Assembly (NCBI GenBank): GCA_047601445.1
Contig: JASGJH010000001.1
Coordinates: 6,560,001 to 6,624,000 of the forward strand
From: Myxococcales bacterium
Lineage (GTDB): Bacteria; Myxococcota_A; Polyangia; Polyangiales; DASUME01
Reading direction: 5' to 3'
Length of the DNA stretch: 64,000 nucleotides
The notes beneath the pieces are model-generated. The model had not been told where the DNA came from, ran no database searches, and saw only the letters and a list, made by a program, of their open reading frames with translations. Below, one piece after another: positions 10,287-19,644 of the stretch. Numbering within the stretch: the stretch's first letter is position 1; every line of letters starts with the position of its first letter. The position numbers were made by a program, and so were the translations under genes.

Positions 10287-11023
10287 GAGCTGTCGTATTG
10301 GGTGCGGGCAAGGGCATCGGGCGCGCCGTGGCCCGGCTGCTCGCGGAGCGCGGCGCCGAGCTGCACCTGCTCGGTCGGGACGTCGAGGATCTGGAGCGCA
10401 GCGCGCGCGACCTCGAGCAACGCGGCGGTGGCAAGCGTCCCGTGCTGACCAGCCACTGCGACCTCTCCGAACCCGGTGAGTTCGAGACCGCCCTGGCGGC
10501 CGCTGATCACGCCCTCTCGGGCTTCGACACCGTGATCGTCACCGCGGCCTTGTTCGGCACCCAAGCGCAGCTCGAGGAGGACACCGTCTTCGCGCAGCGC
10601 ATGTTGACCGTGAACTTCGCCAACACGGTGGCCTTCTGTGAGTACGCCCGCAAGCGCCTGCTCTCGCGGGGGGGCGGCACGTTGTGCGTGGTGAGCTCCG
10701 TGGCAGGTGAGCGCGGGCGCAAGCCGGTGGTGCTCTACGGCGCGAGCAAGGCGGGCCTCTCGGCTTACCTCGAGGGCCTCGACCACAAGTTCCGCAGCCA
10801 GGGCCTACGTACCATCTGTGTGAAGCCTGGCTTCGTGAAGACCGGCATGACGCAGGGCCTCAAGCCGCCACCCTTCGCCGGCACGCCAGAACAAGTTGCG
10901 CACGACATCGTGAAGGCCATGGATCGCGGCACGCCCGTGCTCTACACGCCGCGCATGTGGGCCCTGGTGATGTGGGTCATCCGCCTGCTGCCGCGCTTCG
11001 TCATGCGCCGCATTGGGTTCTAG
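10283..11023 (+). CDS. SDR oxidoreductase, DprE2-like
   Basis: ATGA overlap with upstream gene; LGAGKGIG, SSVAGERGR, YGASKAG, KPGFVKTGMT. Confidence 0.88.
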   Translation: MRAVVLGAGKGIGRAVARLLAERGAELHLLGRDVEDLERSARDLEQRGGGKRPVLTSHCDLSEPGEFETALAAADHALSGFDTVIVTAALFGTQAQLEEDTVFAQRMLTVNFANTVAFCEYARKRLLSRGGGTLCVVSSVAGERGRKPVVLYGASKAGLSAYLEGLDHKFRSQGLRTICVKPGFVKTGMTQGLKPPPFAGTPEQVAHDIVKAMDRGTPVLYTPRMWALVMWVIRLLPRFVMRRIGF

Positions 11024-11044
11024 ACAGAGAGAGCTCTCGCGCCC

Positions 11045-12845
11045 TCAAGGCAGCCAGCGGAAGCCGAGGAACACCTGGTCGTAGCCGCTCAAGAGGCCGC
11101 CGATGTTCATGCTCTGCATGCCGTTGATGCCCGGGTTCGGGCCCTCGAAGATTCTGAGCGCCCGCGTCGAGGTAGAGGCCCTCCTTGGCCTTGACCTCGA
11201 TGTGAGGCACCAAGATCAGTGACGGGCCCACCATGGTCACCGTGGTGACGTCGAAGCGCACGGTGCCCTCGAGCACGGCGTAGCTGAGCGCCAGCATGCC
11301 GCCGGCGAAGGTGCCCGTGCCGGGGATGAAGCCCCACCAGTCGCGGCTCTTGTCGTATGGCAGCGCCAGCGCATTCATCCAGAACGCCTCGGCCACCGCG
11401 GCAAAGGTCTCGCCCTTGAGCCACTCCACGTGCAGGGCTCCCTGCACCATGGGCACGCCCTTGCGGATCTTGGTGTTGGTGACGTTGCCCTTCCAGTTGC
11501 CGTCGCCGTCCTCCACCGGATCGAGGATCTGTTGGGTCGTGTTGGGGATCGGCAGGTGTCGACCGTCGTTGGTGGCGGCGTACAGGTGGCGGGAGGGAGA
11601 GAAGGCGAACTCGAAGCCAATCGACACCGGCGAGATGTCGAAGCTGCCGTCGACGCCCAGCAGGTAATAGCGCTGGTACGCGATATCCACGAGCGGCGCA
11701 CCCGCGCTCAACGGTCCACCGACGCGCTGCAACAACGCGTCGTTGTTCGGATCGATGGCCAGGTCGTTGACCGTGGGCGTGTAGTAGATCTGGGGCAGCT
11801 TCTCGAGGGCCGTGCCCGCGCTCAGGCCGAACTCCATGGCGTCGCCGCGGAAGTTCGAGCGCAACTGGGCCTGAGGGGTCTTGAAGTCGGGAGCCGGGCC
11901 CACGAAGCGCAGGCCCGATTCGCTCATCTTGGTCTGCCAAGACGGGTCGACCAGGTTGCTCAGGCTACCCGGCAGTTGGCCGGTGCCTCCGCCGCCCACC
12001 ACTTGGGCCACGTACTGGTCGCGGTTGGGGCGCGACAGATGCGGCATGAACCACGGCAGGTACACGAACTGCAGGGTGGCCCAGGAGTTGAGGTCCCAGT
12101 CCACGCGCACGGCCGGTTGAGCCAGCTTGTTCGCGGCGAGATCCAGACGCGGCTGCGGGCGCAGGTCGTAGGCCGCCAGGATGTCGGTCGGCGAATACAT
12201 GTCCATGCGGCCGAGCGAGATGGCCTGCTGGCCGAGGCGAAGATGGAAGCCGTCGCCGAGCGTGGTGTCCACGTAGGCCGCCGTGGCGAACACGTCGACC
12301 TCGAAGCGGTCCTCGTCGAGAGCACGCTCTGGCGGATCGTGGTCCCTGAGCACGGGGTCGTTCTGGCCCGGGACTGCCCAGAAGAAGTCGAGCCGACTAC
12401 CCAGCATCAAACGCAGATTGCGGGAGCGCCTCAGTTCAACTTCTCCGCCGAAACGCAGCCGCGTTTCATACGCGTCTTCGAGGGAGCCCTCCTGGTGCAT
12501 GTCTGCCGCGACTTGTCCCAGGAGCTCGAGGCGAGCCAGGCCGGTGTTGGCCAGCGGATCGGGTTCGTCTTCGTAGGAGTGCGCAGCGGCTTCAGCGCTG
12601 GGCGGGGGCGGCGGAGGCTCGGCCCGTCCCTCTTCCTGCACGGGGCCCCAGCCAAAGTCCTCGGTGGGTTCGCTCGCAGGGGGCGGGGAGGCGGGGGACG
12701 GAGCGGGTGCGGAACCCGCCAATTCTGGGTCCAGAATGACTTCCTCGCCGTCTTGGGCTGCGGCTTCCTGCCGAACGAAGGCAAGGGCTGCTCCAAAGGC
12801 GAAGGCCGCGAGCGAGCGCGCGCGGCCAGTCCGGAAGTCGTTCAT
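11045..12845 (-). CDS. Outer-membrane protein (DUF1302-like) with a +1 frameshift at about 11152 near the 3' end
   Basis: Signal peptide, Pro-rich linker, LRLGQQAISLGRMD motif; corrected C-terminus IFEGPNPG...YDQVFLGFRWLP* is a typical beta-barrel end. Confidence 0.75.
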
Positions 12846-12967
12846 GCTCGGGCCTGCACGATCACGAGGGGGAGAACAGCAGGCCTTGGGCACGTGAAGT
12901 CAGCGATAAGCATTAAGCGTACGACCCAGTGAAAGCGCGCCACGATGCGCGCGTACGAAACGGCGCC

Positions 12968-13774
12968 TTACCCGTGCTCCAGGGCGGTGGGGGTAAAGGC
13001 CGTATCCGGAATGCTGTTGCGTGGGCGTAGATTGTCCACGACAAGCTCGGTTGTGTGACCTGTTTGTTTATTGACCATCTGGGCTTCCACGATGACCGGC
13101 CGGCCCTCCATGGTGCGGATGCGCTTCGTGTAATAGGTCTTCAGCAACTTCCCGCTCTTATCGTAAAACCGAATACGCAACGGAAGGAAGTTGTCCTGAC
13201 GCACCCAGGTCTCGATCTTGGAGTAGGCCGACGTGGCCTGGTCCTTGGGGGTGGACTCGATGACGTAGGTCTTTACCCCACCTAGGTCCTCGTCGGGCAA
13301 GCGCTTCTGGCTCGACCCGCGGGTGTCGCGGCGCTCGAAGTCCGCGTAGCTGAAGTCACTACCCATGAAGCTGCCCTCGCGCTCGCGGCCGACGATGCGG
13401 CGGGTGCGCTTGAGGCCGGGCAGGTAGATGTGCTGCTCGGACTCGCCCTTCTCGCGCTCCAGCATCAAAAAGGCCGTGCCCGCGACTTCCTGGGGAGCCC
13501 GGAAGCGGACCACGCTCTGGAGCTGCCCGTTCTTGCGACGGCGCAGGTTGTCCATGATGCGTTCCTTCTTGGCCCCGGTGCTGTCGATCAGCGTCATCCG
13601 GACGGTGGTCTCGGCTTCGTCCCAGCCGAACGGATCCTGGGCGAGCATGCGCTCCGAGATCTGGTCGGCGGTTTGGGGAGCCTGGGCGCGAGCGAGCGGG
13701 AAAGAGACGCTGGAACCGACAGTGGCTGTGCAGACGATTAAACTAAGCAGACTCAATAGAAACCGATACCGCAT
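12968..13774 (-). CDS. Outer-membrane lipoprotein-sorting (LolA-like) protein
   Basis: GGAGG RBS; FRAPQEVAGTAFL, YLPGLKRTRRI, FMGSDFSYAD motifs. Confidence 0.88.
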   Translation of the reverse strand: MRYRFLLSLLSLIVCTATVGSSVSFPLARAQAPQTADQISERMLAQDPFGWDEAETTVRMTLIDSTGAKKERIMDNLRRRKNGQLQSVVRFRAPQEVAGTAFLMLEREKGESEQHIYLPGLKRTRRIVGREREGSFMGSDFSYADFERRDTRGSSQKRLPDEDLGGVKTYVIESTPKDQATSAYSKIETWVRQDNFLPLRIRFYDKSGKLLKTYYTKRIRTMEGRPVIVEAQMVNKQTGHTTELVVDNLRPRNSIPDTAFTPTALEHG

Positions 13775-14373
13775 GATGCCTCCGCGCAACCGCGACGCAT
13801 CTTGCACGTGTCACATTCAGGGGTCAACGGCCTGACCGCAGCTCTGCTCACGCGCGCTGCCTCACCGAGCTGGGGTCCGTCGCGGAGGTGCGCTCTTCGA
13901 ACGCGGCTTCGTCAGCGGCGCCGTGACCCTTCGAATGCGTTCGGAATCACAGCCCGGCGCAAGCTTTCCGTCGCGGTTGTCGGCTGCTCGACGGAGGCTG
14001 CCTACAGGTCGAGACGTTGGCTGTAAATCACACAATTCCGGCCAAATTTTCGTGGTATTGGCAGCAGGATCTCTTGACGAAAACCGCGCTGAGCGCCGAG
14101 GATGTAGGAGTCAGGCGTAGCGGTCACTGCGGTCATGGCGGGAACGCCTGCTTGGTCCGAGGGTTGAGGAGAAGCAGCTGGGGAAGCTTTCGGATCGCTG
14201 GGTCCACTTCGCCTCAAAAAACTGCGCGGGACGGGGCCACTAATAGGGCGTACGGCCGGGCGGCCCCGAGTGAGGTAGCCCACCGACGTTCGTGGCGGCT
14301 TACTCCTGGGCTGTTCGTTTTCTTTGTGCTCGCGGGATACCCCGCCCACTTCGACGAGTCTTGAGAGGTCGTA

Positions 14374-15531
14374 ATGAGTCTCGAAAACTGGTTGCTCTTG
14401 CTTACGTCCCTCGCCGCAGTGATCTGGCCTGCGGTCGCCGTGGGGGCTTATGCGAGCTACCGCCGCTGCCGCTCCCTGGTACCCGAGCGGCATTTCGAGA
14501 CCGGCGCCAAGAACCTCACCAAGCTCAGCGTGGTGATCCCGGCGCGCAACGAAGAGGCCGACATCGAGAACACCATCCGCTGCGTGCTCGCGCAGCCTGG
14601 GGTCGAGGTCGAGGTCATCGTCATCAATGATCACTCCACCGACCGCACCGGCGAGATCATCAACCGCCTGGCGGCCGAGGACCCCCGCGTGCGCCCCCTG
14701 CACGATCCGCCCTTGAAGGACGGCTGGCTCGGCAAGGCCAACGCCATGCAGTACGGCTCGCAGTTTGCCACCGGCGAGTACATCATCTTTACGGACGCGG
14801 ACATCACGCACAACGCCGGTAGCTTCCTGGCCTCCCTGCACGAGATGCAGGACCACCGCCTCACGCTGCTCTCGCTGATGCCTCAGTTCGTCTGGAAGAG
14901 CATCTGGGAGAACGCGGCTGCCCCCGCCTTCCTGCTGGCCACCACCAACTTCCTCAGCGGCCCGATCCACGAGCCCGAGAGCGAGGACGCCCTCGCCATC
15001 GGCGCCTTCATCATGGTGGACGCCGAGGTGTACCGCTCGCTCGGCGGCCACGAGGGCGTCAAGGCGCAGATGCTCGACGACGTCATGTTGGCGCGTTGGT
15101 TCAAGTCCCACGGACAGCGCGTAGGTTTCCGCGTGGCCCCGCAGTGCCTCAGCGTGCGCATGTACTCGAGCGCCCGCGCGGTGTTTTACGGCAGCATCAA
15201 GAACTGCCTGGCCGTGTTCGGCGAGAACTTCTGGCTGGCCATCCCGCTGGCTTTCACCTTCGCCATCGGCGGTGTGTCCGTGCTCTCGGCGCCCTTCGTC
15301 GGCCTCTTTACCTGGAACATCACGCTCCTGGCGCTCGGCTTGTTCGTGTACTTCGAGGTCTGGTTGGCCGTCGTGTTCGCCAGCTCGTACATGAAGACCG
15401 ACCTGCTCAAGCTGGCGGCCTTCGTGGTCGGAGCTCCGCTGCTGCTCGCGGCGTCGTGCGTGGCCACCTACCAGGCGCTCTTCTACGGCTCGGTGCTCTG
15501 GCGCGGTCGCGCCATCCGCGTGACCGAATAG
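14374..15531 (+). CDS. Membrane GT2 glycosyltransferase (HpnB/CrtQ-like)
   Basis: VIPARNEE, DHSTD, GWLGKANA, FTDAD, LDDVMLAR; N- and C-terminal TM helices. Confidence 0.88.
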   Translation: MSLENWLLLLTSLAAVIWPAVAVGAYASYRRCRSLVPERHFETGAKNLTKLSVVIPARNEEADIENTIRCVLAQPGVEVEVIVINDHSTDRTGEIINRLAAEDPRVRPLHDPPLKDGWLGKANAMQYGSQFATGEYIIFTDADITHNAGSFLASLHEMQDHRLTLLSLMPQFVWKSIWENAAAPAFLLATTNFLSGPIHEPESEDALAIGAFIMVDAEVYRSLGGHEGVKAQMLDDVMLARWFKSHGQRVGFRVAPQCLSVRMYSSARAVFYGSIKNCLAVFGENFWLAIPLAFTFAIGGVSVLSAPFVGLFTWNITLLALGLFVYFEVWLAVVFASSYMKTDLLKLAAFVVGAPLLLAASCVATYQALFYGSVLWRGRAIRVTE

Positions 15532-15556
15532 CTTTCCGTTCCGAACGCCGCATGAG

Positions 15557-16318
15557 TTAGAGCGAGACCGGCAAAGTCCGCGCGATCTGGATGCCCTCGG
15601 GGCTCGAGTGCGCCTGAAGCGCATACACCTCGACCCCTCGTTCGGCGGCTTCGCGCAGGAGTCGCCCATACGCTGGATCGATCTGGTCGGCGGGCGCGAA
15701 TCGCGCGCAGTCGCTGCGCTGGACGCAGAACACCATGGCCGCCCGCTGGCCGAGCTGCACCACGTGCATCAGCTCTGCGAGGTGCTTTTGGCCGCGCTCC
15801 GTGACCGCGTCCGGGAACAGAGCCGTCCCCGCCTGCACCAGGGTGGTGTTCTTGACCTCGACATAGACGCGTTCGTCGCCACTCGGCAGCACACGGGCAC
15901 GGGAGGGGCTCCGCGTCGTCACCGGCGGCTCCGTGCCGCCACGCGAGAGCAGGATGTCGATGCGACTCCCGAGTTCCCGTCCGTAAGGAATCTCCCGGAA
16001 GCTCCGGGTGTAGCCCGCGAGCGCCGGCAAGTGCCCGGAGGTGATGGCCTCCTCCACCAACGGAACCGCCAGGCCTGTGTCCACCCCGACCCAGGTTTCC
16101 CCGATCCGGATCAGCTTCCAGCCGAAGGGCAGGCTGCGCTTGGGTCCCTTGGCGACCATCAATTGCACCGGGGCGCCCGGCTCCAGACAGCCCAACAAGG
16201 CGCCAGTGTTGGGACAATGGGCCACCACCTGCTCGCCGCTCTCGAGCTCCACGTCCACGAAAAACCGCTTGTATCGCCGGAGAAAACGACCCGAGACGAG
16301 GGGTGGGTCAAACTGCAT
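15557..16318 (-). CDS. sfsA: DNA/RNA nuclease SfsA
   Basis: RRYKRFF, AHCPNTG, YVEVKNTTL, FPDAVTERGQKHL. Confidence 0.95.
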   Translation of the reverse strand: MQFDPPLVSGRFLRRYKRFFVDVELESGEQVVAHCPNTGALLGCLEPGAPVQLMVAKGPKRSLPFGWKLIRIGETWVGVDTGLAVPLVEEAITSGHLPALAGYTRSFREIPYGRELGSRIDILLSRGGTEPPVTTRSPSRARVLPSGDERVYVEVKNTTLVQAGTALFPDAVTERGQKHLAELMHVVQLGQRAAMVFCVQRSDCARFAPADQIDPAYGRLLREAAERGVEVYALQAHSSPEGIQIARTLPVSL

Positions 16319-16389
16319 GGAGCGCGCGTTGTAGCAGGGGCACCGTTCGGTGGCTGCCGTCGGGGCTGTCTTGGAGGCATACTGAACCC

Positions 16390-17067
16390 ATGGGGGCTGT
16401 GAACCGGTGGGCGTGTTGCGGTTTTGGAGCGCTGGCGAGCGTCGTGGCGTGCGCGGGGAGCCAGAATGCGCTGCCGGTGCAAGGTGGAGACACCCAGGGG
16501 CCGCCCCGAGTCGAAGCGCTCCCCAGCCTGGATGTGGACGACACGGCTCTGAGCAAGGAGATGCGCATGGCGCGCATGCTGAGCGAGGAGAGCCTCAACC
16601 TGCCGGCGCCACCGCTGCCGAGCGGTCGCACTGCCCAGGACATCCAGCACTGGAGTGAGGAAACCCTGGCCCCTTGGCTTCAGAGCAAGCAAGCCCGCGC
16701 CGAGGCCGCCCGCGCCGAGCTCGACGTGGCTGCGCTCCAGAACCAGCGCCAGCGCATCGTGGCCGGAGCGCTGGTGGGCTTGGTGTACGAGGACGTGGCG
16801 CAGGGACTATTGCGGGTCCCAGCGCCCCGTGAGCTCGACAGCGAACCCGAGGTGCTCGCCATGTACCACGACCTGTTGCAGCAGCAGGCAGCGCCCTATT
16901 TGATGCACGCCAGGCTGGGGTACGACGCCTGCGCGGCCAACGCGCATGCCCTGCGCAGTCTCGAGCACTGGTCGGCCTTTTGCGGGGAACGCTCGAGTCA
17001 CTTGCCGTCGGGCGAGCGTCTCGCCCCCGGAGAGTCCGAGACGAGCGTCACGGTGACCAGGGATTAG
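16390..17067 (+). CDS. Hypothetical helical lipoprotein
   Basis: Lipobox VVAC; helical body with C-x12-C pair. Confidence 0.6.
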   Translation: MGAVNRWACCGFGALASVVACAGSQNALPVQGGDTQGPPRVEALPSLDVDDTALSKEMRMARMLSEESLNLPAPPLPSGRTAQDIQHWSEETLAPWLQSKQARAEAARAELDVAALQNQRQRIVAGALVGLVYEDVAQGLLRVPAPRELDSEPEVLAMYHDLLQQQAAPYLMHARLGYDACAANAHALRSLEHWSAFCGERSSHLPSGERLAPGESETSVTVTRD

Positions 17068-17076
17068 GCAGATTCC

Positions 17077-17091
17077 TTTACACATCTTTAC
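17077..17091 (-). promoter_or_regulatory. CpxR-type binding box (GTAAA-N5-GTAAA)
   Basis: + strand TTTAC-ACATC-TTTAC, about 90 bp upstream of the cpxP-like gene. Confidence 0.7.
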
Positions 17092-17178
17092 GCGCGCGCA
17101 GGAGACGCGACACAGCGTGGATCTAGCTTGGATTCGAGAGCGAGCTCATACAGGGCTCGCCTAGGAAGAGAGAGCTCC

Positions 17179-17637
17179 ATGGCAAACACGAACCTGAAGT
17201 GGATCCTCGGCGGCGCACTGGCGCTCGCGGCTGGCATCGGCGTGGTGTCTCGCGTTCAAGCGGGCCCCTGGCACGGACACCGCGCGCAGTCGGCGGCAGA
17301 GGTGCAGGTGTTCATGGAGCGTCGCGCCGAGCATTTGCTCGATGCGGTGGACGCCGACGACGCGCAGCGCGAGCAGGTGGAGGCCATCCTGGCCAAGAAC
17401 GCGCCGCAGATGTTCGCCTTGATGCAGGAGGGGAGGGCGCTGCGGCAGGAACTCAAGGCAGCCCTTCTGGCCGAGCGCGTCGATCGCACGCAGATCGCGC
17501 TGGGTAAGCAGAAGCTCGATGCGCTGGCCCAGCGCATGGCGAACCTGGGCGTCGACGGTCTGGCGAGCGTTGCCGAGGTGCTGACACCCGCGCAACGCAA
17601 GCAAATCGCCGACAAGCTCACGCACTTCCACGACTGA
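17179..17637 (+). CDS. Spy/CpxP-family periplasmic chaperone
   Basis: Signal peptide; C-terminal VLTPAQR (LTxxQ) motif. Confidence 0.85.
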   Translation: MANTNLKWILGGALALAAGIGVVSRVQAGPWHGHRAQSAAEVQVFMERRAEHLLDAVDADDAQREQVEAILAKNAPQMFALMQEGRALRQELKAALLAERVDRTQIALGKQKLDALAQRMANLGVDGLASVAEVLTPAQRKQIADKLTHFHD

Positions 17638-17652
17638 CCGCGAAAGTTCGAG

Positions 17653-18375
17653 ATGACCCGTGTTCTGATTGTCGACGACGACGAGCGCCTGGCCGAGATG
17701 TTGGCGAGTTACCTGCGTTCGCGGGGCTATGAGGTGGAGCATCGCGCCGACGGTAAGGCGGGTCTGCATGCCGTGCTGAATGCGCAGGTCGATGCCCTGG
17801 TGCTCGACATCATGCTGCCCGACCTGGACGGCCTCGAGGTGCTCAAGCGGCTGCGCGCGGCCGGATCGAACCTGCCGGTGCTGATGTTGACCGCACGGGG
17901 CGAGGACACCGATCGCATCGTCGGCCTCGAGCTGGGGGCCGACGACTATCTGCCCAAGCCGTTCAATCCACGCGAGTTGGTGGCACGCTTGTCGGCCATC
18001 CTGCGCCGCGGGCGGGTTACGACACCCAGTCCGATCAGCGCCGGAGCTGACGTGCTGCGCTTCGGCAACCTGGAGATCGATCGAGGAGCTCGCGAGGCGC
18101 GGCTCGACGGCAAGGTGTGCGCCATCACCTCCCATCAGTTCGCGCTCCTCAACGTGCTCGCCGAGCGCGCCGGGCGCGTGCAGTCCCGTGATCAGCTCAT
18201 GCAGGCGCTGCGCGGGGCAGACCTCGAGGAGTTCGATCGCTCCATCGACGTGCACATCTCGCGCATCCGTGCGGCCATCGAGGACGATCCGCGTCACCCA
18301 CGCCGCATCCGGACGGTGCGTTCGGTGGGCTACGTGTTCGTGACTTCGCTCGGCGTTGAAGGTGAGGCCTCGTGA
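17653..18375 (+). CDS. OmpR/CpxR-family response regulator
   Basis: VDDD, LDIMLP, LELGADDYLPKPF, DRSIDVHISRIR, TVRSVGY. Confidence 0.95.
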   Translation: MTRVLIVDDDERLAEMLASYLRSRGYEVEHRADGKAGLHAVLNAQVDALVLDIMLPDLDGLEVLKRLRAAGSNLPVLMLTARGEDTDRIVGLELGADDYLPKPFNPRELVARLSAILRRGRVTTPSPISAGADVLRFGNLEIDRGAREARLDGKVCAITSHQFALLNVLAERAGRVQSRDQLMQALRGADLEEFDRSIDVHISRIRAAIEDDPRHPRRIRTVRSVGYVFVTSLGVEGEAS

Positions 18376-19640
18376 AATATCGGCTTCAATGGCAGATTTT
18401 CACGGCTCTCGCGCTCACGGGGGCGCTATGCGTGGGCCTGGCCGTGCTCATCGGCTCGCTGATCTGGGAAGACCGGGGCGCCGTCCCGCGCTTCGTCCAG
18501 GGGCTCGGGAGCATCATCGTGAGCGATCTCCCGAAGGATGATCGCATGCTCTACGAGCAGACCCTGAAGCAACGGGCCGAACAGCTCGATGCGTCGATCA
18601 GTGTGTGGGACGAGCGCGGCACGCCCATCGCGAGCAGCGGCCGCCAGCTCAAGCGACGGGATCTCAACGGCAAGCGCGGCGTCTACGACTACTCCCAGCA
18701 CACCCTGTGGATCACGCTGGATCAGGGCGGCACGTTGGCCCTGGCCATCAATCATCCGCCGGATCGGCCCGGCTTCTTTCGCATGGCTCTCAGCGTGCTG
18801 TTCGCAGCCATCCTGTTCGGCAGCTACATCGCGGCGCGCTGGATCACGCGTCGCCTCAAGGTGCTCGAAGAGGGCGTCACCAAGTTCGGCGAAGGGGATC
18901 TCGAGGCACGCGTGACCTTACCCGGCGGCGACGAGATCTCGCGGCTCGCGGACGCATTCAACAACAGCTCCACGCGCATCGCAGGGCTCGTTACGCAGCA
19001 GCGCAGACTCCTGCAGAGCGCCTCTCACGAACTGCGCTCCCCGCTCGCGCGGCTCGGGATGGCGCTGGAGCTACTCTCGGAGCCTGAGCAGGAGCCGGGA
19101 CAGCGCGAGCGACTGCGGGCCGACGCCGCGCGCGACATCGAGGAGCTCGATCAGCTGATCGGCGACCTCTTGCTCTCGGGCCGGCTCGCCGACTCGGGCC
19201 TGCCCAAGGACTTCGTGCCCGTGTCGATGGCGCCGCTCTTGCGCGAAGAGGCCGTGCGCGTGGGCGCGGCCCTGGAGCTCGATGACACCAGTGAGGTCTA
19301 CTCGGTGGCGGGCAATCCGCGCATGCTGCGGAGCCTGATTCGCAACCTGCTCGAGAACGCGCGCCGCCACGGTCAGACGCCCATTCGCACCGCCTTGCGG
19401 CGCGAGCGGCCCGGCGAACTCGTGCTGACGGTGGACGACAGCGGCGCTGGCGTCGCGGAGGCCGAGCGCGAGAAAATCTTCGAGCCCTTCTACCGGCCCA
19501 AGGGACACCGCGAAACCCAGGACGGCGGCGTGGGGCTCGGGCTCTTTCTGGTCAAGAGCCTGGTCGAGCACCACGGTGGCCAAGTGCGCTACGTGGCCCT
19601 CCCGCAAGGCAGTCGCTTCGAGGTGCGCCTGCCCGCCTGA
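18372..19640 (+). CDS. HAMP-domain sensor histidine kinase (CpxA/RstB-like)
   Basis: 2 TM, HAMP, SHELRSPL H-box, NLLENA, DDSGAG, GVGLGL. Confidence 0.95.
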   Translation: MKYRLQWQIFTALALTGALCVGLAVLIGSLIWEDRGAVPRFVQGLGSIIVSDLPKDDRMLYEQTLKQRAEQLDASISVWDERGTPIASSGRQLKRRDLNGKRGVYDYSQHTLWITLDQGGTLALAINHPPDRPGFFRMALSVLFAAILFGSYIAARWITRRLKVLEEGVTKFGEGDLEARVTLPGGDEISRLADAFNNSSTRIAGLVTQQRRLLQSASHELRSPLARLGMALELLSEPEQEPGQRERLRADAARDIEELDQLIGDLLLSGRLADSGLPKDFVPVSMAPLLREEAVRVGAALELDDTSEVYSVAGNPRMLRSLIRNLLENARRHGQTPIRTALRRERPGELVLTVDDSGAGVAEAEREKIFEPFYRPKGHRETQDGGVGLGLFLVKSLVEHHGGQVRYVALPQGSRFEVRLPA

Positions 19641-19644
19641 GCGA

